NCBI GenBank assembly: GCA_012026655.1
Contig: JAAILG010000231.1
Location: 62,001 to 121,869 of the forward strand
Origin: Hydrolagus affinis
Taxonomy: Eukaryota
Direction: 5' to 3'
DNA: 59,869 nt
Below the pieces are notes generated by a model that saw nothing but the letters and a program-made list of their open reading frames with translations, ran no database searches and was not told where the DNA came from. A program made the position numbers and the translations under genes. This document shows, in pieces, positions 26,463 through 39,014 of this stretch (its first letter is position 1; each line of letters opens with the position of its first letter).

Positions 26463-28359
26463 CACATATATCCCGAGCTACTTACGTACTATATCCCATA
26501 AAGTTGTTTCCTAAAAGAAAAAAAACTATCTAATCTGCGAGACACTAACAAAACACAATGTAAGAGAATCTCGAGTAAAATGCAGGCACATAAAAAAATA
26601 TTGACGCACAATGTAGTACATGTAAATTAGAAGGATCAAAAAAACCAAGAGATTATAATTCAACTTCTGGTAGGGCAAGTATAGAAAATAAACCCTGATA
26701 ATAAAGGCATAAAGGGGTAAAGGGGGCTCTTTGAGATGGTCTCTTCAAACCTGTCCACACTTCCCCTCTCTGAAGCCTGATGCACAGCAGAACAGCCTTT
26801 ATCTTGAGCAAATTGAGGAAATATGACGGCAGACACTTTATCAAAAGCTGTTTCCATCGATCATAGGCAGTCAGCTCAGAATTGCTGCGGTGACAATGTT
26901 TAATTTGATGTTGTGTTTGTCTGGTGCACAAGGGAATTGAAACAGAAGACTAAGCACATCGTTCTGTGGAAAGTATTAAGCAACGCGAAACAATACGTTT
27001 GAGTTTACTTACCTTCGTACCTGAGATGATTTAGTTTTACTGAAAGCAAAGCTTAAGTTTGTAACTTAAGACGGTCTGCAGAGAACACACACATAACGTG
27101 ACAAAAATAATTATTCAATTAAAGAGAATGCAATATTTGATTCTTTAAATTGAAATGTATAAACACCGTGATTTTATGTGAAGTTTGATTCCAGAGTAGT
27201 ATTCCAGTTTAAACACATTCATAATTCACTTAAAAATGTAGATGTTTACTTTATTTTGTGGCAATCGTGGAAGCCAGCGTAGATTTAAATGCTAGTGTTA
27301 AATCGTACCGCAAAGGTAAACAGATACCTTCATATGATTAAAGTCATAAATTTCCTCCTCGTTCTAAAATCATTCACAGCTATAAAACAGGGCACACTAT
27401 TTAGACTAGAGTCGACGCTCCATTTTGTAATAAAGTGAAAACGTTACTGATTATATTCGTTTTAAAACGTAATTTACCAATCGGCGGGTTGTGCAAAGGT
27501 TAAATACATAAACAATTTCTGCATTTAACCTGATGCAAAGAGTCCCCAGCCTTTCTTTTCAGCAGCATCACTTTTCCGTTGGTGAAACTGACTAACTTTT
27601 CAGTGGTGCATTGTGTCATATGTTTTGATTTCAATCCGCAGCGTGAAGCAAACGCGTTATAATACATGGCCATTAACATTAGTGATGCAAGAAGTAGTTT
27701 ATGTTAACACTGCAAAAGTAATAAGCCTTCATGTGTAATTCACCTACATTTTTACCAACGTCGTTAGATACAACCTGTTTTTACTCAACTGTTGCTAAAT
27801 GTAAATTGAAATTGAAAACTATTTGTAATTAGTGATTCCAACCACATATAAATAAATGTGTTGCTTCCTACGCAAATGCGACCCTGGTTTATACGTGTAG
27901 CCAAGGAAAATCATTCTGAAGATAATTTGATTATTCCAGCCTCGATGTAACTCTGCACCTTTGCTAAATTGTTTATTGTTTTGACAAAAAAAATCAATAC
28001 AGAAAATCGGTGCCAGTACTTACATTTGGGGACAAAACTGGCTCGATTTCAACCATCTATACTGAACAATGGTGTATTTAAGAATGGTTTGATTTTTTTA
28101 AAAAAAAGTTACCATATAAAAAAAATTAATGCTGCAAGTCTACGATTACTCTAGGAACTTGTTTTTTTAAAAAAAACATTGCAACAGGAACTTACCGCAC
28201 GGGGTGAGCTAATCCATTCTAACTATTCTGATGCAATTTACAATTTATTGGAAAATAAAAATGTTTAAAAATATATATATTTTTTCTTTTTCGGATTAAC
28301 CCAAGTCCACAAGAAGCCATCAAGATACCTCGCTAGACCCCAAAACACATTTGTGGAAG

Positions 28360-28726
28360 CGACTTCCAGGTAGTGTTGCCAGTTCACGTCAATCGACCAA
28401 TGGGTTAGCTGTGGTCCCCAGTCCCGGCCTTGCACGTCATTGCCACGGGTGTGTCTTTAGTGATTGGCAGCCAGAGCGTGTAAAATCCATTTCCCATGCT
28501 GTGCTTTGAAATGCAGAACCGAGCCACCTCTCCCCAGGAAAAGAGAAGTACATTTCTACTCCATACAAGTCCCTCCGTAACTCCGAAAGTCAAATCAGTT
28601 TCCTGGGCAGCGTTTACAAGCGAATTCCGAAGCCACCCGGCATACAGCAAAGGATTGGGGATTTTATATGTTTGAAACGCACACATTCAGCAGGAAACAT
28701 TGAGGATTATTAGTGCAATAACTACC
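28360..28726 (+). promoter_or_regulatory. PAX9 promoter and 5' UTR
   Basis: CACGTCA at 28385 and 28433, CCAAT 28397-28401 and ATTGG 28463-28467, leading directly into the ATG exon. Confidence 0.6.
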
Positions 28727-28730
28727 ATGG
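28727..28730 (+). CDS. PAX9: PAX9 coding exon 1 (ATG G only)
   Basis: ACCATGG|GTAAGT is a perfect Kozak context plus donor. It joins the next exon to give [13 protein letters not shown], the known PAX9 N-terminus. Confidence 0.9.
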
Positions 28731-28843
28731 GTAAGTACTTTCAGTTTGTAAACTCTTTCTATTACTGTCAACAGGAAAGCAATGTACAAGTACTATGTTA
28801 CCCCCCTTTCAAGTTAAACGTCCCATGACATGAAATATGACGA

Positions 28844-28943
28844 NNNNNNNNNNNNNNNNNNNNNNNNNNNNNNNNNNNNNNNNNNNNNNNNNNNNNNNNN
28901 NNNNNNNNNNNNNNNNNNNNNNNNNNNNNNNNNNNNNNNNNNN
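28844..28943. other. assembly gap (100 N) in PAX9 intron 1
   Basis: Run of exactly 100 N; the true size is unknown. Confidence 0.99.
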
Positions 28944-29854
28944 GGGGTGTTAAATGAGTTAAAGAGCGTTTCCTCGGCTGCACTAGGAAAACAAACCACA
29001 ATTCAGTCCGCTGGTTAAAACTAACAAACACTGCAAACCGAATGAAGGGTTGGCTGTAGCCTTAAAGCGCGACGTTCAAAATAATCTTGTGATTTTATTT
29101 TATAATCTCCTTTGGCTATACATACAGTACACCCCAAAAAACTTACGCCCAAATCAAAGCTGTTTCACATGCATTACATTTTAACGTACATATCTTTTAC
29201 ATTTAGCTGTGGTGTAATTATTCTAGATATCTTATCTTTATGTATCAGTAATATTATAAATCAAAGAGGGCCCCAAATGCTTTTAAAGCCCATCTTCGTG
29301 TAAATAGTTTTGCTTTGACCGTACAGTACTGTTGTTCGCGGGTGCCCTAAATCTACACGAAGTACACTATAAAATGTATACAAGGATGCGTAGTACTTAT
29401 ATGAATTTTAATCCTGTGCTTTTAAAACCACTCCAGTACAAATTATGAGGTTTGACAATTTAACATTGTGTGGACGATTATGTAAATAATTATGGATCGC
29501 ATGCAGATGGCTGAGCGTGTTCTGATTTTCTTTGTTAAATTCTAGTAAAAAAAAACTTGCAACGAACTCTTCAATAACATGAAGGTAATTTGCCAGAGAT
29601 ACGATTATGGGATGGAAATGGATGGAAGGATTACACTGTACAGGCCCACACAGCCCGACACGCTCCATAAACCTAACAAAGTAGACCTTGTCAAAATGTT
29701 GCGTTGTTAAGAAAACACAGAAAAGATATCCGCAGCCTGGTTTAGACATTGTATTTATTATGGTGGCTTGTAAACCGCAAGTTGACTTACTTTTCCCCCC
29801 TCTCCTGAATGCTGTTTTCCCCTCTTGTGTTTTTTTTTACTGTCCTATTATCAG

Positions 29855-30493
29855 AACCAGCGTTCGGGGAGGTAAACCAGCTAGGAGGTGTGTTTGTCAA
29901 TGGCAGACCCTTGCCCAATGCTATCAGACTGCGGATCGTTGAACTGGCTCAGTTGGGGATTCGACCCTGCGACATCAGCAGGCAGTTGCGGGTTTCCCAC
30001 GGCTGCGTCAGTAAGATACTGGCTCGTTACAACGAGACGGGCTCCATCCTACCCGGTGCAATCGGTGGCAGCAAACCCAGAGTGACAACCCCAACGGTGG
30101 TCAAACACATCCGAGGATACAAGCAGAGAGACCCGGGGATTTTTGCCTGGGAGATTCGAGACAGACTCCTAGCCGATGGGGTGTGCGACAAGTATAACGT
30201 GCCCTCGGTCAGTTCCATCAGCAGAATCCTGAGGAACAAGATTGGAAACTTGTCGCAGCAAAATCAGTACGAATCCAGCAAGCACTCGCCACACCCCCCC
30301 CCTCCACAGTCCGCTCTCTCCTACAACCCACTCTACTCCTCCTATCCCAGTCCCATCACAGCCGCAGGAGCTAAAATGCCAACCTCGCCTGTCTTGCCGA
30401 CTCTCTCTGGCCACATGGGAATTCACAGGACCTGGCCTTCATCGCACTCTGTCACCGATATCCTGGGCATCAGAGCTATAGTGGAACAGCAAG
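29855..30493 (+). CDS. PAX9: PAX9 coding exon 2 (paired domain + octapeptide)
   Basis: Acceptor ...TCAG|AACCAGCG. Paired domain [52 protein letters not shown]...SISRILRNK and octapeptide HSVTDILG. Donor G|GTAAGA, phase 1. Confidence 0.98.
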
Positions 30494-32628
30494 GTAAGAT
30501 ACAGCTCTGCTGACAAGGTTAAATAATAATAATTTCAAAAAGGGGGCCAAGGTTACACACCGCAATACTGAGACCAATTTTAAAACATGGTTGCATTGCA
30601 TCAAGTAAACGATATATATACTGCATATACATACATATATGTATGTTTATATATATGCATAATTCTCATTAATCCCGACAACTTTTCTCACGCTTTCCTC
30701 CACTCTGTAATCCTAATAATCATAAATGTCATACAATGTACAGTCACCGCCTCCCTCCCTTCCCCAACCATTGCCCGGTTTATGGTGAGGTTTTAACAAT
30801 ACATAGAGCTGAGCTGGCCACCTCGTTTTTTTTTACACACACTTTTGTGCAGTCGTGAAATTACAGCTGATTCTGAGAGATCGCCGTGTAAAATTTCATT
30901 TCGAATTGCTTTCTAGTGAAACAATTGTATTGGATGTGGTATGAAGTAATTGCACATACACACACCGACCATATAAGCGAACTTCCGCAAAATAAAGGAA
31001 GATTCCTTTCCAATCAATCAACATTGGGCGCGCATTTTGCACTGAATTTAATGTAAACAGTCGTATTCTCCCAAGTGTTCAGTGTTTTGGCAGTGTAGAC
31101 CACCTAACAGTACTGCATAAAGCCACGCTGCTTTCCACACACAAAATGTCCACTTCTGTTGTACTGTCAGGCAGGATAATTATTTCCTTTCCCACTGACG
31201 GAGTAATTATAATAGTCTTTTATTTATGTTTGCCTTGTGGTTTTAGGTTTTTGAACACCGATTATCTGTAACGTTTTGTAGTGATTTGTACTCTGGCAAC
31301 ATTTTTATAAAGCTGTAAGATCGTTCTGTGAGATCGATCGCCCTTGTCAACTGTGAAGGATTGATTATTCAATTCTCGTTTCTCTGCTCAAGATTTTTTC
31401 ATTTATGATTTAGTTTCTGGTCAGTTTCCTCCCCACACTTTCACACTCGCACTCTCTCGCTCGCTCTCTCACAATCACACAAGTCGCCATTTCACCCAAG
31501 CCTTTCTGTACAAACACACACATTACAATGGAACATTGCTTCGAACTTGCGTCGCACAATAACGATTGTACATCGGTGGCCGTAAAGATTGAATTGTACA
31601 GTATTTAAAATCTGATTTAACTGCTGCATAAGTTTTACGTCGCGACATGGATACTATCTCGTGTTAATGAAGGAGTCCTGTGCGAAATTGCTTCTTGGTA
31701 ATCTGACAATATATATATATATTTTTCAATTTCCAAAGCAAAATTAAGACAATATCTTGTCACGGGACAAGAAGGAAATACACAATTAAACATTAAATTG
31801 CACTTCCTACGTAATAATATATTGCTTCGGGCTACCTAGCACTTAATACATTAAGAGCACGAATGCATGAGTACTGTAGTTTTTTTCGGGGGGTGGAGGG
31901 AGGTGGGAGGGAGTTTGAATGTAATTTAAATACGATAATCTGCAAAGAAACTCGAAACACAATGGTTGTGATATGGAGGGTGGGGGAGGGGGGAGTGTGG
32001 AGCTGAAGACATCAGATTAAACCAAACTTGTCATCCTTTCATATCTGTTTCCAATGCACCTGGACCTTCTAGATTGACATGAAGCAGAATTTTAAAGCGG
32101 TTGTGTTTCTTTTCAGCGAGATGATGTGCAAATATTATAAAATACAAACACATTTGCAAAACATTTGATACTTGTAAAAAAAAAGTATCCCCCCCCCACA
32201 CACACACACAAGTTTGATGTAGCACATTGTTGGTGCACGCCATGAATCAGTTAAAAAGGTACACAGTTTGCAACCACTTAATCGTAAGGAAATTTGAGAA
32301 AATATTTCATTTTCAAAAGTCGGCCGGGGCTCTCGGCTCATTAATCTATAACACATTCCATAATTTATGAACCAGACCGCATAAGGCGTGCAAACCGGAT
32401 TCCAATCAAAAAAATCCGGATGGGTTCAGCAGTAATGAGTAAATCGCTGAATGGGTTACCCCAGCTCACTTCATCTGCCCGTCTGGGTCAAATTAAAAAA
32501 CACAAAAAAAAATACCGGAATCATACTGACGGAAATAAAGGGAAACAAATATGGTATCTAACTATAACGTGTTAGGGGGAATGCGAATCATATTATATAA
32601 ATATTTGTGTTATTCGATGCTATTCCTA

Positions 32629-32768
32629 TTAGTGACAGTTCTTCCTATTCTACTAAAGTGGAAGAATGGAACAACAGTATAAACAGGAGCAATTTCCAGT
32701 CCTCAAACCAGCCTACAGTGAATGGCTTGGACAAGTCCCCACTGGAACAGGAAGTCAAATACACTCAG
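32629..32768 (+). CDS. PAX9: PAX9 coding exon 3 (140 bp; acceptor anomalous)
   Basis: (V)SDSSSYSTKVEEWNNSINRSNFQ...VNGLDKSPLEQEVKYTQ matches PAX9 exon 3, with donor CAG|GTAATT. The 5' boundary is inferred from the frame because no AG precedes it. Confidence 0.8.
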
Positions 32769-35268
32769 GTAATTGTAGCTTTGCCTTTCCTCTCAACCAG
32801 ACAGATTACAGCGTTTACAGAACTCCAAACTGCAAAAATAAACATGCTTCAGCAATTACTGACCCAGATATAATTAGTATTTTAAATTGCCATGACTTTT
32901 TTTTCACATGCTCGGAACCTTTCAATAATTAATCTGCAGAATGGTGGGGATGAAATAAAAGGCGTGGATTTTTGATTAATTTTTTTTAAAAAGCGGTGAC
33001 GGACTAAATATGAAATATTATCAAAGGCAATTATTTAAATTTGCCTGGAAGGAGACTTAGGCAGGGATGCGGATATGGCGTATTTTTTTAAAAAAAAGAC
33101 AAAGTAGTGTGAAAGATTGCACCGAGCAAGAATCGTGCACCAAGCAATCACAACTACAATATTTAAATCAACTCACGACTTTATTCCTGTTTTATTCTGG
33201 GGGATAATAACACCTAACGTACAATGAATGTACTGTCAATAGTAAAGCACATTATGAATACGAAACAGTAAACTGACTCTTTCAAAATCTTAACTAAATT
33301 AGGATCTGATTTTGAAAATAATACCTATTATTCACCTATAATCCGATATAATACCAGGACGTAATTATGTTTTTTAAAAAGTGAATGGAGTAATTATCTC
33401 AGATTTAAGTCAATAAACACAAACGCAAAGCGATCTTTTCTGTGATTTACTGCATCTCAAACAACCGCGAGTTTCATGTTGGAAAGTTTGCAACATAAAA
33501 CGATATTTATCTATTCGAGCGACCGGTTTACAATTTAAATAAATGGTCTGAATTCGAAGTTTCTAGATTTAAAAAAACGCATTTGTAGATTATATGATTG
33601 TTCGAGAAGTCATTGAAATTAAATAGAAATTAACCAGATACATTGCAATCCCTGAAAAGTTCAAGATAGCGCGAAAATATAAGGGAGCAAATACGCACAT
33701 AGTTGAACTCCATATCAAAGAATATTTTTTTAAGCATGAATCATTGACAAATATGACTCTCCCACTCCTCTCCCGATCACTTACCATTCCGAAAATTGGC
33801 ATTTATTGATATGAACAATGACAATTGCATAATCTGATATAAATGGCCAGTATTTCATAGAACAAAAAGCGACGGCTATAGAGAAAACTCTTAGAAGCGA
33901 TAGGTAATCCAGCAAAACCTCAATGACAGAAGAAGAAAAATTCAGGACTGTTCGCTCAGCTGTCGTGATAAAGAACCGGTCCGCAGTGAACTTGGACAAA
34001 AGATCATTTCATACCAATTTAAAAACCAGTCAGAACACACGGCTTGTAGTGTTTTGTGAACCGGCATAATTGTGATTGACTAGCAGTATTTTTTAAAGCT
34101 GTTCCTGGTGCCAATATTTTTAGGCAAAAAAAACTGAAACATATATTTATGTAGTTCGACTCGTGTTATCTATAATTAAAACAACTAGAAAAAAGGACCG
34201 CATATTACAAAGCTAATATCAGGCTTTCAAATGTATTCAGGATTCAAGAAATAGATGGATTATTGATGAAATATAACATTTCACAAGAGCGTGTCATTAA
34301 TGACCAGTTTGAAAGAGACAATATTGTGTGGGTAATTTTGAATGGATGTGACCTTCGGTATTTTATTCATCTGTTATTATTTGCAACTGTGCTCGAATGC
34401 AGCAAATTATGCACCGACATCTATCATACACTTAGACTCGAATTCAGTAGAAACCAGCAACAACTAATGTGAGGTTTCGCGTGTTTGCTCCATACTGATC
34501 TGGGAGTATTAATTCTGGGTCTGTGGTGGGGCTCGCTCTGCACAGTGCCCTTTATTTGTCATTTTGTTTTGGGGGATGATGCCATTGCATTCACACACAT
34601 TGGCATCAATGCCAGCGGCGGCGGCTGTTTGGCAACTGCACTAAAATAACATGCATCACAACTTAACATCGTATTACAATGCACTGATGGAAACATATTT
34701 CTGATGATGTGGTTGATGTTGAGGGGGTTGATTTTTTTCACTGATCCCTTCACATATTTTCTATAGAAACTACGGCAAATACTTAAAGCAGTGACAGTCA
34801 AGGACGGTTCTTTTTAGTACTAATTGCATAGTATTAAGGTGTATAACTTCCCCCCCGAGGGTATGTATGCGAAGCCCTCATATTAGTTTGACTGTAAAAA
34901 GATCAAGTCTGATTTGAACATTTACAATTGACCTGCCATTTTTTAAAAAAACATTGAAAATGTCAATTGTGTGGAATTCATCTACACACAAATAACAGTT
35001 GCAAGATAATACACACATCTTGTTTTATATATAAATCGTTCGAACTTCCCTACTTCATTTTAACTCCCTTTGACAATTAAGTTTTGCATCAAACATCTGT
35101 GTTATTAATTGAATTCATATACTATATTTGTGTGGATAATCTAGTCCTGGCGTTGGGTTGTTTCACACTTACCTGCATATAAACGATTGAATTATATTTT
35201 CGATTGAGAATGACTCGAAAAAAAACACATATCAAATCAAATGTGATGATCGATCTTTATTTTTGCAG

Positions 35269-35526
35269 GCTCCGAACGGTCTGCCTGCAGCGAGCAGCTT
35301 TGTCTCAGCCTCGACCATGGCTCCCTACCCTCCTCCACCCACACAAGTGTCGCCCTACATGTCCTACAGTGCGGCCGCTTCCAGTTACATGGCAAGTCAC
35401 GGCTGGCAGCATGCGGGGGGCAGCACACTCTCAGCCCACAGCTGCGACCTCCCTACGCCACTGCCGTTTAAAAGTATTCAAGCAACCAGAGAAGGTAGCC
35501 ACTCTGTTGCAGCCTCCGCCTTGTAG
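35269..35526 (+). CDS. PAX9: PAX9 coding exon 4
   Basis: Acceptor TTTTTGCAG|. Reads [21 protein letters not shown]...AFK-like [20 protein letters not shown], the PAX9 C-terminus. Confidence 0.95.
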   Translation, partial: APNGLPAASSFVSASTMAPYPPPPTQVSPYMSYSAAASSYMASHGWQHAGGSTLSAHSCDLPTPLPFKSIQATREGSHSVAASAL

Positions 35527-37699
35527 TGCACACACACACACACGCGGTTATATATGTCTTGATGTCAACCATGCATCAGTAACAGCACAGACTTTGGTAC
35601 CAAACCTTTAAGAGCACAGACCAGTTAAAGAACTACTGGTTACTTACTTGGCATTTTTTCCGAACTTTATTTTGCTTGCTTTTATTTAATGGACAATTGG
35701 AATTCGCTCCCCCTTTTGTATCACATAGTTGGTAACCCTCGCAAGTCACCCATGGTTTCATATAATGTAATTGGTACTTCATGTATAAAAAGGTCGAGGA
35801 TCAAATTGTACCCGTGTTATATCCAAAGAAAGATGACAACTCAAGGAGTTTAACCATGTGACTCCCAGCCAAGTTTGAATCCCAGAGCCACTTGTCCCCC
35901 TGGGTTTAGTTTGCAGAGTTATGTAACTGTCTGTCAGAGATAAATGGATTTCCAAAACATCACGAGCTTTTACCTCTAACTAGAAGTGGGAACATTTCAA
36001 AATTGTCCATCCGCTTTCCCTCTCCCCTCTCCAAGACTGAGGCAGCCTTGATAAGAGAGCCAATGAGGGTTGAGCTCAATAAATCCCATCATCCAGGTTA
36101 AGGAAAGAAAGCTCATGACAGTATGTGGCCTATCAATTGGAGAAAAATCACATCAGGCACAAGGTATAAAAGTTAAATCAAGGAAAGCAGAATAAAGTTT
36201 AAGTACCAGGGGCCAGAACTTGAACAGTTCATGCTACCAACAATTGATACAGAGACAATATTTACAACCTATCAATGATGCTAATTAATCACTGGTTAAA
36301 CTAGTTATAACAAACGATTCAACAGCAACAACTTTCATTTATCTCAAGCCCTTCATTTGAGTAGCATCATTATAAATAGTTGCTCCTTAATTAAGATTCA
36401 AGTTGTGGTTTTTCCCTTCCAGTGATACTCAAAGGGAAGCATATTTCAATTGTTTTGCCAACACTAGTAGAGCATAATGATTATGTTATTTAGGCAGATT
36501 ATTTTTTTCCCTTTCGAATCGTTTAAGTGGCTATATATATTAATACAAAAAGTGGTTTACAGGATGCTACATTGTTTCTTGAAATGCAATGAGGGCCAAA
36601 TGCAAAACAAAAAGACCACTATAAACTTTAGTGCAATTCTAAGCAATTCTATTGAAAACCTGGTCCCAGTTAATTCCTACTTAAAATTCAGAAAATGACA
36701 CAGCTGTACTTATATTTCAATAATTTCTTCTGTTAAAGCAATAAATATAAGTAACTGGAATTAGAGAGTGAGACAGAATATTGTAATTTAAATTTTTGGT
36801 GAAGACATAATTGATGGGGGAAAAGTAATTATGGATTAAAGATTTTCTTCTATGTAAATACAAATAAATTGACAAAATTTATTTTTGTATCATTGTGTAA
36901 GCTTTCACTCTTTGACTGCTGCCACTGGCTTTCTGCCAAGCATATTCTTTTCATTGGTGGCGGGCTGGCCAGATCCATATATGGACATTTCTTTATTATT
37001 TTATGTGCATACAGTAAGTGTTTTATGAAGGAAATTTTCTTTCTTCGGCACAGGACACAAAGGCAAACAACTCTACAAGTAAACTACAGGATCCTATGCA
37101 ACCTCACAGGGTCATGATACAAGCCCCAAACACAGCTAGGGTATAAAGTTAGCTTTTCGAAGATCCTGAACAAAATGTCTTTAAGAAGTTGATCAGAAGG
37201 TTCAAACTTAATGTGAAACCTATGTATGGACTCATACAATGGACTCGTAACATAACCACTGTGAAACACAACTTCTCCTCTAGTTATTGGCTGTAGCATT
37301 GACCCAACAATTCAGGTGACACATCTGTTCACTCATTTTCTGATATTTTCAAGAATACTTCTGGTTGAAATGAATGTACATCAGTCCGCTGTGAAGTTTA
37401 CATCTATGTAAATAATCTTTTTATTTGTAGGTAAAATGGTGGTGGTAAAAAGTATGAATCTAAATTTTATTTAATGGTAATTAGTATTGTATGTAGTTCA
37501 AAACATTCAGTGAACCAGACAGCAGCTGGGCAGTCACACAAAAAGCTGCACACCATGTAAAAAGCTATAAAAAATCTCTGTTGTTCTATATTGAAACCAT
37601 AACCTTTTTTGTATTTTTCTTAGTATGCATTAACTCTGTCCCAGTTTCCCACAGCAAAGTCTTCCATTGAACCTGCTCTTTGTTGAAGACCAGGATGGA

Positions 37700-37890
37700 T
37701 GTATAAATAAACTAAATCACTTAACAAGGATGTACATCATAAGGCTGTAATTGTACATATTTGTAAAAAAAAACCTTTTATTTTTATATCGTATCTAAAT
37801 TAAAAAGGGTGAAAGACAAATATTTGTTTGTTCAGAATTGTAAAATGTTGCTATTTTTAATTCATCATCATAGGTTAATTTATTGACACT
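37700..37890. terminator. convergent poly(A) region of PAX9 and SLC25A21
   Basis: + strand AATAAA 37706-37711 and ATTAAA 37799-37804; - strand AATAAA 37782-37777 and 37884-37879. Confidence 0.45.
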
Positions 37891-38065
37891 AACAAATATC
37901 TTACCTATTATAACATATTATTTGGTTGGTGATCGAAAGTTACATCGGTGACTGTCCTCTGAAAAAGGGTAGAAAATGTAAAATCTGCATGTGCACCCAA
38001 GTTAACTGAGGGGCTCATCGCATGATATTCCGTAACTGTTTCAAAGGCACTTTGTTCAGTTTAAA

Positions 38066-38127
38066 TCAAAAGTTCTCATGAAGCCAGGCAAGTGAATATT
38101 CATAAACCAACAGCATAACTGCACCTC
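38066..38127 (-). CDS. SLC25A21: SLC25A21 (mitochondrial 2-oxodicarboxylate carrier) last coding exon
   Basis: Pyrimidine tract plus TAG|, then GGAVMLLVYEYSLAWLHENF*. Confidence 0.92.
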
Positions 38128-38261
38128 CTAGAGATAGAGATAGAGAGCAGAAATGAGACAAGAGAACATATCACTTAATAGTGAATTTTAAAAAGTACCT
38201 GAAACTGTTCACAACTAAATACTAATATTTGATTATATATAAATACTAGGATTGCACTTAC

Positions 38262-38314
38262 CTGGCCCAAGTCGCATGATTTTAGGCACCAAGCCTTTAT
38301 ACAATGCAAAGAAC
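38262..38314 (-). CDS. SLC25A21: SLC25A21 exon (53 bp)
   Basis: AG|...FFALYKGLVPKIMRLGP...|GTAAGT; phases match both neighbours. Confidence 0.93.
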
Positions 38315-38832
38315 CTAGAAATTGGAAATGTATGAATTAGTTAACATCGTTGACAATTATGTCCAAATGTCTGCTGGGAATTTCCGCTAAATAATACTCT
38401 GCCTTCTGCAGTGCAGGCTTTGCTCCCTTTGAACTGCAGGGTGTTATAGCATTTTTGCAGTTAATTGTGTTTTTTATATTGTTTCTAAAATTGATTTAAT
38501 TAAAACAACATTAATACCATGACTGAAATATGATGACCGTCATGCTCCTGGGTATTTTTTTTTAGAAACTTACCTTAATTGCATTACAATTGGACATTTA
38601 ATAGGTGAACAATGCATTAAGTTAAGATTTTGACTTGCTAATTGTTAAACACACTTTATTTCAAGAGCAACAAAACCAGAGAGTAATTACATTTACCAAC
38701 AACATGGAATGGAATTCTTAATACTAGTTTAAATTCTGCTGTGCAAATCACCAAAGCATTTACTAGGCAGTGATTGTATTAAAATAACAATGTTAAAATA
38801 ACCCAAATTTTAAATTGAAAAGGGGTTCTTAC

Positions 38833-39014
38833 CCTTCTTCTCTGTAGATAGTGTTCATGGTGCTGAAACATGTCCTATATTTAATCTCTCCTAGAATAGG
38901 CTGAGGCCCTTGGATTCTGCTTTTAGCCACATCGAAAGGTATGTTAACACAAGAGGCAATTGTTCCTGACAGTAGTCCTATTCCAACTTTCCTCAAGAAC
39001 TCCAAGGTTGGGTC
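38833..39014 (-). CDS. SLC25A21: SLC25A21 exon (182 bp)
   Basis: DPTLEFLRKVGIGLLSGTIASCVNIPFDVAKSRIQG...REEG, with carrier signature PxDxxKxR and AG/GT ends. Confidence 0.95.

Noticed and set aside
28798-29031. ORFs spanning the N run
   Set aside because: Artefacts of the assembly gap.
29809-29854. ORF-track N-terminus [15 protein letters not shown] resembling a signal peptide on PAX9
   Set aside because: It is the translated polypyrimidine tract of intron 1; the real start is the ATGG exon at 28727.
33775-33790. Antisense consensus donor G|GTAAGTG in PAX9 intron 3
   Set aside because: No accompanying promoter or acceptor evidence; expected by chance at this window length.
35204-35611. 135-aa ORF overlapping PAX9 exon 4
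   Set aside because: Third frame starting in the intron at a non-ATG codon; neither normal splicing nor exon-3 skipping reaches it.
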